Assembly (NCBI GenBank): GCA_029858565.1
Contig: JAOUEV010000046.1
Span: forward strand, 1-29,596
From: Nitrospirota bacterium
GTDB taxonomy: Bacteria; Nitrospirota; UBA9217
DNA: 29,596 bases
Reading direction: 5' to 3'
The position numbers and the translations under genes are program-made. Below the pieces are notes generated by a model. It had not been told where the DNA came from. It did no database searches and saw only the letters and a list, made by a program, of their open reading frames with translations. How positions within the stretch are numbered: position 1 is the stretch's first letter; every line of letters begins with the position of its first letter. Below, in pieces: positions 12,636 through 22,048 of the stretch.

Positions 12636-15600
12636 CTACCCGCCAATGATGCTCCGGTATAACCTCCTCGTCCTCTCATCAGGTTCGATATCCAGTTCCT
12701 TCCGAAGCGCAAGCTGGCACCGTTCGTAGGTCCGGACTGCTTTGCCACGAAGGCCATTGGCAACAGCATGTGTCATGAGCCAGCGGCAAGCTTTCTCATT
12801 ACACTGGTCAGCATCGAATAATCGCACCTGGTAGGCCATCGCGGTCTGGAGGTCCTGCTCGTTGTCTGCGATATCCGCTGCCTGTTCGAGCATTCTGAGA
12901 TAGGTCGTCCGCAGATCGTCACGAAGCAGAAGGGTCCAGTCCTCATACCTGTCTTCGGGCAGGAGGTCTCCCTGGTAGATCGCGAGCGCATGATCATAGA
13001 GCCGGAGAGAACGTGCATTATCTTTACCGTTCCGGCAACGGAAAGCCTCGTCTGCTGCGCTCCGGAAAGCATCTATATCCGTCCAGACCAGCGCACGGTC
13101 CAGGGACAGGTGTTCAGCATCGAAACGGACGCAGGAGCTTTGCGGCCCTGATGTCGAACCATTGTCGAGCGTCTTTCGAACACGATGGAGAAGGCTGCTG
13201 AGCACCGGGGCGTATCGTGCAGGGTCGCCGTTCGGCCAGATTGTTTCGATAACAATATCGCGGGAGAGCGGCTTTCCGTTGCCCGTGGCGAGCAACTTGA
13301 CAAGCTTTTTCGCCTGCCTGCCTTTCCATTCGCGTTCCCTGATCGCTTCGCCATTCCGCTCAATGCGAAATCCACCGAGGCAATGGATCCTGAGCAGCGG
13401 CGCTGCCGCCGGACGGCTGCGGTCAAGGAGCGCGGCACAATAGCCGGCGCAGATCCCGTTCATCACGGCTTCCTGCGCAAGGTCATGCAGTTCTCTCGGA
13501 GCAAGAGGAGCATAATAGGTGAAACCCCGCTCCTCGCCGATCGAGAAGCCCAGTTGTAAATGGCGATGAGCCTGCGCGGTCTTGTTCCTCATCAGATACA
13601 GGCTTGCGAGGATGAGGTGTCCGTTCGCCTCCTGCTGGGCCGCGCCGCTCTGGCGCAGCATGCGTATCGCTGTTTGCAGCTCTAGCTCCGCGCGTGCGAT
13701 TTCCCCCTGCTCCCGGAGGATTGCGCCGTCAGCAATGAGATAGATCGCGTGAAAGAGCCTGCTGTTCCCCCGCACCCCCGGAGCAAGAGCATGGTCCGAG
13801 AGCTTCTTGGCGCGGTCGAGCTTCCGCTGAAACAGACAGGCTAAGGCGAGAAAGTGCGATGCCGACAGGTTGAAGAACGCCTTGGCCGAAACCTCGCCCC
13901 GCTGCCGGCATTCATCGAGCAGTTTTTCCGCTCCGCGGTAATCTCCCTGGGCTATCTTGAGCCATCCATAGATATCGAGCAGCAGCAGGTCTATGGACTC
14001 GATGCGGTATTCCGTGGCGATCCGCCGTCCGGCATCAAGGGATTCCTGCGCAGCGCTAAAGTCGCCGACGAAGAGGCTGGTCATGGCCTGTACCAGAAAG
14101 AGCGCAGCTTCACCGCCCGGCTCATCAGTAGCCGCCTTTTGTGCTTCAAATCCTGCTGCGACCGTATCGTGTGCCAGTTGGAAATCGCCGTGATAGAGTG
14201 CGCAGGGCGTGAGATAGATGGCGCAGGAAATGAGCGAAAAATGATCACCTGTTGACCGGAACAGGTCTGTGGCCTTGCGCAGCGCATCGATCCCCTGGTG
14301 CAGTTTGCCCGTAAAGAACCAAGCAGTGCCAAGGGCAAGCAGGAGGGTCGCGCGTGCCTCTGGGGATGCGCGTTCCTGCTTCCGGAGGATCCTCTGCGCC
14401 TGGACTACAGCGCGCTCCATGCGCTGGAAGTCGCCGCCGCTGTGGAACGCAGCCTCAATGACCCCGCCGAGCGACAGCATCTGGCCGGCACTGTTCTTCT
14501 CCCGGCGGAAACCGGCCAGGGCCAGGTCGTAGAGCGAGAGCGCCTGCTTGGGATCGCTGAAGCGGCATTCCACGGCGCGGGCGAAAAGGAGCCAGGGCCG
14601 TTTTTGCAAGTGGAACGGAAGAAGATCTATCATCTGGAGCAGCGTTCTGATCTGACCGCGCGCGATGAGGTTCCTCCACGATCGTTCGAGAACATTTGCG
14701 GCTTTTGCATGCTGGTCCGATGCGATGAAAAGGCCTGCCGCCCGTACCGGATCGCCGTTCCGAACGAAGTAAGCAGCTGCGGCGCCGTATGCCCGTCTGA
14801 GATCCGATGCGCCTGCACTCGATGCGAACCGTGCCGCGAGGAACTCCCGGAATAACGCGTGGTAGCGAATAGCATCTCCTTCCTTGTTCGCGTCGATGAA
14901 CAGGTTGCGACGCGCAAGTTCGGCGAGCATCTCCGATACAGAACTCCGTCCCGGGGCGGCTTTCGCGGGCAGTCCCGTCAGGATGCACGCCAGCGGCACC
15001 GGGACCGCTTCGGCAAGAGAGGTACGGAGAAGGAACGCCTGCAGGCCCGGGGCAAGATGAGAGAAGACCTCATTGGCAAGGTAGTCGAATACCTGGTCCC
15101 GGAATCCGCGCTGGAGATCTTCAGGAATTGCGTCGTTCCGCTGATCTCCTTTGGTCATGAGATATTCATGTAAAAGCACCAGTCCGACTGCCCAGCCTTC
15201 GGTCATCCTGCATATGTCCGCTGCCCGGGGCCGGGACAGGTGTGTTCCGAACACCGAGCCGAACAACTCGATCACCTCGTTGTCGGTGAACCGCAGGTCC
15301 GCTGCGGACAGTTCCCCGACCGCGCGCTTCGACCGCAGACTGGCGAGAGCCATCTCCGGTTTTGTGCGGGAAAGGACCATGATGCGCACACCGGGCGGAG
15401 AAGTCTCTATGAGCTGGGACAGAAGTTCCGCTGTAGCGGGAGAATCAGCGAGAACATGATAGTTGTCGAAAACGATCACGCCGGGAGGAATGTCCCGAAA
15501 AAGCCTGCCGATCCACTGTGAGATGACCAGAGATGGATCGCTGGCACGGTAGCGGTCCCGGGGAATGACCGGCACGATCGGCACCTGGTTGGGAAAGATG

Positions 15601-15848
15601 CGGTGGAGCGCTTCAGCGAAGCGTGATAGGAAGAATGCGGGGTCCCCATCCTCGTTATCCAGGGTGTACCACACCGCCGGATCGGCCAGGGACCGCACAT
15701 GGTCGGCAGCAAGGGTACTCTTTCCCTGTCCTGCAGGGGCTTGGATGATCACCACTTTCTTGTCGCTCCAGGACGTAAGCTTTCCGAGCAGGCGCTCCCG
15801 CTCAAGGACCAGCGAAGATCGCGAAGGAATGAACTTTTGCGTGATCAT
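12636..15848 (-). CDS. MalT-like STAND NTPase transcriptional regulator with TPR region and C-terminal wHTH/BTAD (SARP-type) domain
   Basis: APAGQGKST Walker A, VFDNYH Walker B, TEGWAVGL, RYHALFREFL; C-terminal CLGGFRI...WTDIDAF...YQGDLL...ELDIEP. AGGAGG RBS favours a start at 15848. Confidence 0.9.
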   Translation of the reverse strand: MITQKFIPSRSSLVLERERLLGKLTSWSDKKVVIIQAPAGQGKSTLAADHVRSLADPAVWYTLDNEDGDPAFFLSRFAEALHRIFPNQVPIVPVIPRDRYRASDPSLVISQWIGRLFRDIPPGVIVFDNYHVLADSPATAELLSQLIETSPPGVRIMVLSRTKPEMALASLRSKRAVGELSAADLRFTDNEVIELFGSVFGTHLSRPRAADICRMTEGWAVGLVLLHEYLMTKGDQRNDAIPEDLQRGFRDQVFDYLANEVFSHLAPGLQAFLLRTSLAEAVPVPLACILTGLPAKAAPGRSSVSEMLAELARRNLFIDANKEGDAIRYHALFREFLAARFASSAGASDLRRAYGAAAAYFVRNGDPVRAAGLFIASDQHAKAANVLERSWRNLIARGQIRTLLQMIDLLPFHLQKRPWLLFARAVECRFSDPKQALSLYDLALAGFRREKNSAGQMLSLGGVIEAAFHSGGDFQRMERAVVQAQRILRKQERASPEARATLLLALGTAWFFTGKLHQGIDALRKATDLFRSTGDHFSLISCAIYLTPCALYHGDFQLAHDTVAAGFEAQKAATDEPGGEAALFLVQAMTSLFVGDFSAAQESLDAGRRIATEYRIESIDLLLLDIYGWLKIAQGDYRGAEKLLDECRQRGEVSAKAFFNLSASHFLALACLFQRKLDRAKKLSDHALAPGVRGNSRLFHAIYLIADGAILREQGEIARAELELQTAIRMLRQSGAAQQEANGHLILASLYLMRNKTAQAHRHLQLGFSIGEERGFTYYAPLAPRELHDLAQEAVMNGICAGYCAALLDRSRPAAAPLLRIHCLGGFRIERNGEAIREREWKGRQAKKLVKLLATGNGKPLSRDIVIETIWPNGDPARYAPVLSSLLHRVRKTLDNGSTSGPQSSCVRFDAEHLSLDRALVWTDIDAFRSAADEAFRCRNGKDNARSLRLYDHALAIYQGDLLPEDRYEDWTLLLRDDLRTTYLRMLEQAADIADNEQDLQTAMAYQVRLFDADQCNEKACRWLMTHAVANGLRGKAVRTYERCQLALRKELDIEPDERTRRLYRSIIGG

Positions 15849-16021
15849 AATGCAGGACCTCCTCATAGCGTGCGGGACGTTGTACGGGGACCCGATGATT
15901 ATACGTAATTCGAAAAAAGAGGGGAACTACCCGTTCGGGTAGTTCTGAAAGAACCTGCCGGGCCTTTCCCGGCAGCAGTGCCGGGATCACGATACCCCGG
16001 ACCACATCCCACGCGGATTTG

Positions 16022-16050
16022 TTGAAAAAAGCAATCACATCCTCTATAAT
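16022..16050 (+). promoter_or_regulatory. sigma70 promoter, probably giving a leaderless mRNA
   Basis: TTGAAA-17-TATAAT ending 6 nt before ATG 16057. Confidence 0.65.
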
Positions 16051-16056
16051 GGCGCC

Positions 16057-16251
16057 ATGCCCTATAAGGTTGTTGAGACAAGTACGGTCACTGACGAGGC
16101 GATCGAGCGCATTGTGAACGAATGGACCGCAAATGGATACTCCTTCTGGAGCATCCATTTTGTAACCAATGAATCGTCGCGCAGACCGGCGATGGCGTTC
16201 ATCTTTTTTCTGGATGACGGCGACCAGAAGCGCTCCGGGAGCGGCGACTGA
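16057..16251 (+). CDS. Small DUF4177-like protein
   Basis: YKVVE...IERIVNEWTANGY pattern; lies 3 nt upstream of the K+ channel gene. Confidence 0.7.
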   Translation: MPYKVVETSTVTDEAIERIVNEWTANGYSFWSIHFVTNESSRRPAMAFIFFLDDGDQKRSGSGD

Positions 16252-16254
16252 TCC

Positions 16255-17286
16255 ATGCACCTCATCAGGCAACTCAAGGTATCCATCGCCGCGTTGGCGG
16301 TCCTCGTTGCGCTCGGGACCGGCGGCTACATGGTCATCGAAGGCTGGCGGGTGCTCGACGCCTTTTACATGACCATCATCACGATTGCGACAGTTGGGTA
16401 CCGGGAGGTACACGAACTGAGCGACCGCGGGATGGTCTTCACGACGCTGCTGATCGTTTTCGGCGTGAGCGTCCTTTGGTACACCATCGGAAAGTTCGCC
16501 CAGATCATGTTCGAGGGGCAACTGGAAAGCTTCATCGGGAGGAAGAAGGTGGAAAAGCAGATCGAATCCCTGAAGGACCACTATATCATCTGTGGGTATG
16601 GCAGGATCGGGGCGCTCATCTGCAAGGAGTTCTCGGCCCGGCCGGTTCCCTTTGTTGTGGTAGAGAGCAATCCATCGGTGCTTGAAAAGCTTGAACACGA
16701 TGGGTATCTGTTCATCCGGGGCAGCGCAACCGAGGACGAGTCCCTGCTGAAGGCGGGCATCAAGCGCGCAAAAGGTTTGATCGCCGTGGTGACATCGGAT
16801 ACCGAGAACGTGTACATCACCCTGACAGCGCGGGGGCTGAACCCGGAGCTTTTTATCCTGGCGCGGGCCGGGGAAGAGGGGTCGGAGGTCAAGCTCAAAC
16901 GAGCGGGTGCGAACAAGGTCATTTCCCCCTACCACATCGGCGGGAGCCGAATGGCCCAGGCGATCCTGCGGCCGAACGTCGTGGATTTCATCGAGATCGC
17001 GACCGCGCGGGAGCATCTGGACCTGCAGATAGAGGAGATCTGCATATCCGATACGTCATCGTTCGTCGGAGAGAACCTGGTGAGTTCGGGTTTTCGCAAA
17101 CAGACCGGCGTGATCATCGTGGGTATCAAGAAGGCAACGGGAAAGATGGTGTTCAATCCGGACTCCCATACCCGCATTGACGGAAGGGATACGCTCATCG
17201 TGCTGGGAGAGCCGTCAGCGATCATGAAGCTTGAACAGATGGTTGGTGTACAACGGATGCATGGGGGACAGCGTCCCGACGCCTGA
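16255..17286 (+). CDS. Potassium channel protein (2-TM pore plus TrkA-N/TrkA-C RCK domains)
   Basis: TIATVGYRE selectivity filter and ICGYGRIG Rossmann motif. Confidence 0.92.
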   Translation: MHLIRQLKVSIAALAVLVALGTGGYMVIEGWRVLDAFYMTIITIATVGYREVHELSDRGMVFTTLLIVFGVSVLWYTIGKFAQIMFEGQLESFIGRKKVEKQIESLKDHYIICGYGRIGALICKEFSARPVPFVVVESNPSVLEKLEHDGYLFIRGSATEDESLLKAGIKRAKGLIAVVTSDTENVYITLTARGLNPELFILARAGEEGSEVKLKRAGANKVISPYHIGGSRMAQAILRPNVVDFIEIATAREHLDLQIEEICISDTSSFVGENLVSSGFRKQTGVIIVGIKKATGKMVFNPDSHTRIDGRDTLIVLGEPSAIMKLEQMVGVQRMHGGQRPDA

Positions 17287-17386
17287 TCCTGCCTCCCTGC
17301 TCCAAGACCGCGCAGCCTCCCCGTTCAGGTGTCATCGACAGGGCGGAAAAACTCCTGTCTTTCCAGAAGGTTCCGAGCCAAAACAA

Positions 17387-17415
17387 TTGACAACCCTATG
17401 CCGGGAGAGTATAAT
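17387..17415 (+). promoter_or_regulatory. Consensus sigma70 promoter of the gsp operon
   Basis: TTGACA-17 bp-TATAAT, 31 nt before the gspC start. Confidence 0.8.
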
Positions 17416-17446
17416 CCTCAAGAACCAAGAATAGGGTGGTGAGGTT

Positions 17447-18277
17447 GTGAAAGAGTCATCCACGATCCATACAGTGTTCCTTGTAGCCCTTCTGACCGTC
17501 TCGGCCTATCTCCTCGCGGATACGGTGGATGCCATGATCGGCAGAAGCCTTGATGCCGCGCCGAAGTATTCTGGCTCGATCACGCAGGAGCGCGCTGGAG
17601 TAGAACCTCGGCGGGCCCTTGCCGATTACTCCTCCATCCTTGACCGCGGGCTGTTCGGCGAGGGCAAGGCGCCCGTGAACGGCTCCGCGGCCGGTCCTGT
17701 TTCCAACTATACGCTCATCGGCACAGTCGAAGGATCGGTCTTTGCCGGCGCGGTGCTGCAGGAGGGGACCGGTCCGCAGACCTTCTACCGATTGCGCGAG
17801 AAACTTCCCGACGGATCGCAGATCATCAAGGTGTCCCGCGACCGCGTTACGCTCAAGCGGAGCGACGGGTCCACGCAGGAACTCCAGATCATCGATGACA
17901 CCAAGATCGTGAATGTGGCAAGCAGACCGGCCGCCGTCGGTGTTCGCAGGATGGGGGAAGGCAAATTCATGGTCGATGAACGGGAGATCGCATCGAGCAC
18001 GGAGAATTTGAACAAGCTGCTTACTCAGGCGCGTGCGATGCCCTTTATCGATGGCGGGAAGACCGTGGGATTCCGCATCAGCGAGATCGTGCCGGGCAGC
18101 CTCTATGAGAAGATCGGTCTCGTGAACGGCGACGTCATCCAGCGGGTCAATTCCCAGGACGTCGATGATCCCGGTAAATTTTTCCAACTGTACCAGGGGC
18201 TCAAGGATGAGAAGAGCATCTCGGTCGATCTGCTTCGCAACGGCCAGCGTCAAACACTGAACTACGACATCCAATGA
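17447..18277 (+). CDS. gspC: Type II secretion protein C (TM, HR and PDZ domains)
   Basis: N-terminal TM, LIGTV HR domain, C-terminal PDZ (GFRISEI...GLVNGDVI); first gene of the operon. Confidence 0.88.
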   Translation: MKESSTIHTVFLVALLTVSAYLLADTVDAMIGRSLDAAPKYSGSITQERAGVEPRRALADYSSILDRGLFGEGKAPVNGSAAGPVSNYTLIGTVEGSVFAGAVLQEGTGPQTFYRLREKLPDGSQIIKVSRDRVTLKRSDGSTQELQIIDDTKIVNVASRPAAVGVRRMGEGKFMVDEREIASSTENLNKLLTQARAMPFIDGGKTVGFRISEIVPGSLYEKIGLVNGDVIQRVNSQDVDDPGKFFQLYQGLKDEKSISVDLLRNGQRQTLNYDIQ

Positions 18278-18292
18278 TCAGGCTGCATATCC

Positions 18293-18369
18293 GGGACGCG
18301 GTGACGCGGCGGCGGGCATGAGAATGTTCCCGCGACCTGAAACGCCCCTTCCCCGCGTCGCACTGTCCC
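18293..18369. repeat. Imperfect inverted repeat built on GACGCGG octamer-period units (gspC-gspD spacer)
   Basis: gggacgcggtgacgcggcggcggg (18293-18316) versus cccttccccgcgtcgcactgtccc (18346-18369). Confidence 0.6.
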
Positions 18370-18391
18370 TGCCCACTCTCGGAGGTTCCGC

Positions 18392-20329
18392 GTGAAAAGA
18401 CTACCAGCCCTGCTGCTCGCGGGGCTCATGAGCGTCGGCATCGGCCATGCCCAGGATACGGCCGTTCCGCCCGCTCCCGACAAGCTGGATGCGCCGGCAA
18501 TCAAGGCCGGTGACGATTACATCACCCTCAATTTCAGCAACATCGACATCGCGGCGCTGGTGAAGGTCATGAGCGAGTATACGCGCAGGAACTTCATCCT
18601 TGACGAGCGCGTGACCGGCAAGGTCACGCTCATGACCCCCACCAAGATATCTTACGACGAGGCCTATCAGGTCTTCCTGTCCGCTCTCGAGATAAAGGGC
18701 TTCACCGCGGTGGAGGACGGGACCATCACCCGCATCATCCCTACGGCAATGGTGAAGCAGAGCGGACTGAAGGTGATGCAGGACGGTTCGATGCACGGCG
18801 AGGGCTACGTTACCAAGCTCATTCGCGTGACCTATGTGAATCCCCAGGACCTGGTCAGGACCCTTTCGCCGCTCATCACCAAGGATGGCACGCTTATCGC
18901 GAATCCCGCCACCAATTCGCTTATCATTACCGACGCCGTATATTCCATCAGAAAGATCGAGAAGCTTATCGAGATCATGGACGTCCCTGCGCCTGCGGGC
19001 AAGGGAAAGATCAACGTCTATTACCTCAAGAACGCCAACGCCGAGGACATCGCCAAGGTGATGCAGGCCCTCGTGTCCCGCCTTCCGGCGCCGGCCGCCG
19101 GGGCCGCGGCCCAGCCCGCGGGACCCGCAACGATCCTCGAGGGCGCGGTCACCATCACCTCGGACAAACTTACCAACTCGCTGATCATCGTCGGATCGCC
19201 AGGGGATTTCGAGACGGTCCGTGATGTGATACAGAAGCTCGACATCCGGCGGCGACAGGTCTATGTGGAGGCGGCCATCATCGAAATGGGGCTTGCCAAA
19301 CAGCGCGAGCTTGGTTTCGAGTTCCGCGCCATGAGCCCGCTGGACAACAGCAGGATCACCGGGGTCGGCGGTACGAACTTCGGCGGCATTGTGCCGGCCA
19401 CGGTCCAGGGCCCGGCCGCATTCGCCAACTTCAACGGCCTGGCCGTGGGTGCGGTAAAGGGGACCTTCACGTTCAAGGGGCAGGAGTTCCTGAACGTGGG
19501 AGCGCTGCTCCGGGCGATCCAGAGCGACAGCGACGTCAATGTGCTCTCGACGCCGAACATTCTCACGAGCGACAATCAGAAGGCCGAGATCATGGTGGGC
19601 CAGAACGTGCCCTTTACCACCGGCCAGACGCAGAACGCCACGACCGGCAGCGGCAGTTTCTTCAATACCGTCGAACGGAAGGACGTGGGCATCAAGCTGG
19701 CGATCACCCCGCAGATATCGTCGGATGACAGCGTGAAGCTGGACATCAACCAGGAGATATCCGACGTGGTCGCGTCGTCCACGGTGAACGCCGGCGGTCT
19801 GATCACCAACAAGCGCTCTGCGATCACGACCGTGGTGGTGAAGGACCGCGAGACCATGGTCATCGGCGGCCTGATCCGGGACAATGTGACCACTGCCGAG
19901 AGCAAGGTGCCGTTCCTGGGTGACATCCCGATCCTCGGATGGCTCTTCAAGTACAAGACCACGCGGATCGAGAAGACGAACCTCATGATCTTCATCACGC
20001 CCTACATCATCAAGAACGAGGAAGATTCCGCGGCGATCACGAAGAAGAAGACCGACGGTCTCGAAGAGTTCCGCAAGGAGCAGCATTTTGAAAAGAAGAA
20101 GATAGAACCGGCGCTCCAGAGCAAGACCACGGTGACCGCTCCGGCGCCCCCGCCGTCGGGCGAACACGCCATTGAAAGCAAACCGACTTCGACGGTATCA
20201 CCTGTGGCGCCTGTTCCTGACCTGTTAGTTCCGTCATCCGCGCCGACAACATCACTACCCGATGCAGGAGCCCCGCCTGTTGCGGAGACCGGCGAAAAGC
20301 CCAAGTTTCCCGCGGAGGGAGGCCGGTGA
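18392..20329 (+). CDS. gspD: Type II secretion secretin D
   Basis: Signal peptide, N domains, QVYVEAAIIE, VGQNVP, and the secretin signature KVPFLGDIPILGWLFK. Confidence 0.95.
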   Translation: MKRLPALLLAGLMSVGIGHAQDTAVPPAPDKLDAPAIKAGDDYITLNFSNIDIAALVKVMSEYTRRNFILDERVTGKVTLMTPTKISYDEAYQVFLSALEIKGFTAVEDGTITRIIPTAMVKQSGLKVMQDGSMHGEGYVTKLIRVTYVNPQDLVRTLSPLITKDGTLIANPATNSLIITDAVYSIRKIEKLIEIMDVPAPAGKGKINVYYLKNANAEDIAKVMQALVSRLPAPAAGAAAQPAGPATILEGAVTITSDKLTNSLIIVGSPGDFETVRDVIQKLDIRRRQVYVEAAIIEMGLAKQRELGFEFRAMSPLDNSRITGVGGTNFGGIVPATVQGPAAFANFNGLAVGAVKGTFTFKGQEFLNVGALLRAIQSDSDVNVLSTPNILTSDNQKAEIMVGQNVPFTTGQTQNATTGSGSFFNTVERKDVGIKLAITPQISSDDSVKLDINQEISDVVASSTVNAGGLITNKRSAITTVVVKDRETMVIGGLIRDNVTTAESKVPFLGDIPILGWLFKYKTTRIEKTNLMIFITPYIIKNEEDSAAITKKKTDGLEEFRKEQHFEKKKIEPALQSKTTVTAPAPPPSGEHAIESKPTSTVSPVAPVPDLLVPSSAPTTSLPDAGAPPVAETGEKPKFPAEGGR

Positions 20330-22014
20330 GACGCCTGCTCGGCGAGATACTCGTTGAGTCCGGACTTGCCGCAGAGCGGCTCAAGAAGGCCCTCGATCTT
20401 CAGAAGAAGCGCGGCGGAAGGATCGGAACGCTGCTCGTCCGCCTGAACTTCGTGACCGAGGCAGAGGTGCTGACCGCTCTGGGCAGTCAGATCGGCCTTC
20501 CCTTTCAGCCCGAGCTTGGCGAGATCGACCGCGAGCTCGCGCTCAACGTTCCCATCACCTACGCGAAAAAGGCCGTGGTCATTCCGCTCAGGCGTGAGAA
20601 CGGTACTGTTGTCGCGGCAACCGCCGAACCGCTGTTGCTCTCCACCATTGACGACCTGCGGGTCCTGCTGGGCGCGGAGGTCTCGCTTGTTCTTGCCCCT
20701 TCGGAGACCATCCTCGACAACCTGAACCGGCTGCACAGCGAGGACCTGAACAAGGCCGAGGACACCGCCCAGGAGATGGAGGAAGAAGACCTTTCCTTCC
20801 TGGCCGCGGAGCTCGAAGAGCCCACGGACCTGCTCGAAGCGACCGATGACGCGCCGATCATCCGGCTGGTGAACTCGCTCCTGTCCCAGGCCATCCGCGA
20901 ACGGGCCAGTGACATCCACATTGAACCCTTTGAAAAAGAGGTCGTGGCCCGGTTCCGCATCGACGGCATCCTGTACAATATCCTGACGATCCAGAAGCGT
21001 TTTCAGGCCAGCATTGCCTCGCGCGTCAAGATCATGTCCGGCCTGAACATCGCCGAGAAGCGGCTTCCCCAGGACGGGGGCATGCGGATCAAGATCGGCG
21101 GCAAGGATGTGGATGTGCGCGTGTCCATCGTGCCCACGGCATTCGGCGAACGCATCGTGCTCCGGCTTCTGTATCGCGAGAGCGCGCTCCTGGCCCTGGA
21201 CAAGATCGGTTTTTCCGGCGACACCCTGGACCGGTTCAATGATCTCATTGAACGGCCCCACGGCATCATCCTGGTCACGGGTCCTACGGGCAGCGGCAAG
21301 ACCACGACCCTGTACGCGTCGCTTTCCAAGATCAATTCGCCGGACAAGAACATCATCACCATCGAAGACCCCATTGAATACCAGCTCAAGGGCATTGGAC
21401 AGATCCAGGTGAATGCCAAGATCAGCCTGACCTTTGCCGCGGGGCTGCGCTCCGTGCTGCGGCAGGACCCTGACGTTATCCTCGTGGGCGAGATCCGGGA
21501 TTCCGAGACCGCGGAGATCGCGATCCAGGCCGCGCTTACCGGCCACCTGGTCTTTTCCACGCTCCACACGAACGACGCTGCCGGCGCAGTGACGCGGCTC
21601 CAGGACATGAAGATCGAGCCATTCCTCATCTCGTCATCGGTGCTGGGCATTTTGGCGCAGCGGCTGGTGCGTGTGCTCTGTCCCGAATGCCGGGAGCCCT
21701 ACCAGATGCCTGCCCTGGAGATGACCGAGCTGGAGATCCCGGCGACAGGCGAACATCCGACCGTGTACCGGGCGAAAGGGTGTCCCGCCTGTTTCCAGAC
21801 CGGATACCTGGGGCGCTCGGCGATCTACGAACTGCTTGATATCAATGACGAGGTGCGCCAGCTCATCATGAAGAACGCCGACGCCTCGACCATCAAATCC
21901 TACGTCGTGAAAAAAGGAATGCGGACCCTGCGTCAGGACGGCGCGGATAAGGTGCTCAAGGGAATCACCTCGGTGGACGAAGTCGTGCGGGTGACACAGA
22001 AGGAATCGCAGTAG
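20326..22014 (+). CDS. gspE: Type II secretion ATPase E
   Basis: ASDIHIEP, GPTGSGKTT, TIEDPIEY, LRQDPD, tetra-Cys motif (CPEC/CPAC). Confidence 0.97.
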   Translation: MRRLLGEILVESGLAAERLKKALDLQKKRGGRIGTLLVRLNFVTEAEVLTALGSQIGLPFQPELGEIDRELALNVPITYAKKAVVIPLRRENGTVVAATAEPLLLSTIDDLRVLLGAEVSLVLAPSETILDNLNRLHSEDLNKAEDTAQEMEEEDLSFLAAELEEPTDLLEATDDAPIIRLVNSLLSQAIRERASDIHIEPFEKEVVARFRIDGILYNILTIQKRFQASIASRVKIMSGLNIAEKRLPQDGGMRIKIGGKDVDVRVSIVPTAFGERIVLRLLYRESALLALDKIGFSGDTLDRFNDLIERPHGIILVTGPTGSGKTTTLYASLSKINSPDKNIITIEDPIEYQLKGIGQIQVNAKISLTFAAGLRSVLRQDPDVILVGEIRDSETAEIAIQAALTGHLVFSTLHTNDAAGAVTRLQDMKIEPFLISSSVLGILAQRLVRVLCPECREPYQMPALEMTELEIPATGEHPTVYRAKGCPACFQTGYLGRSAIYELLDINDEVRQLIMKNADASTIKSYVVKKGMRTLRQDGADKVLKGITSVDEVVRVTQKESQ

Positions 22015-22038
22015 GGGCGGGTTTTAAACCCGCCCCTA
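22011..22038. repeat. GTAG-type REP-like palindrome
   Basis: g-taggggcgggttt-t-aaacccgccccta, with 13-bp perfect arms overlapping the gspE TAG stop. Confidence 0.75.
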
Positions 22039-22048
22039 TATTAAACAG

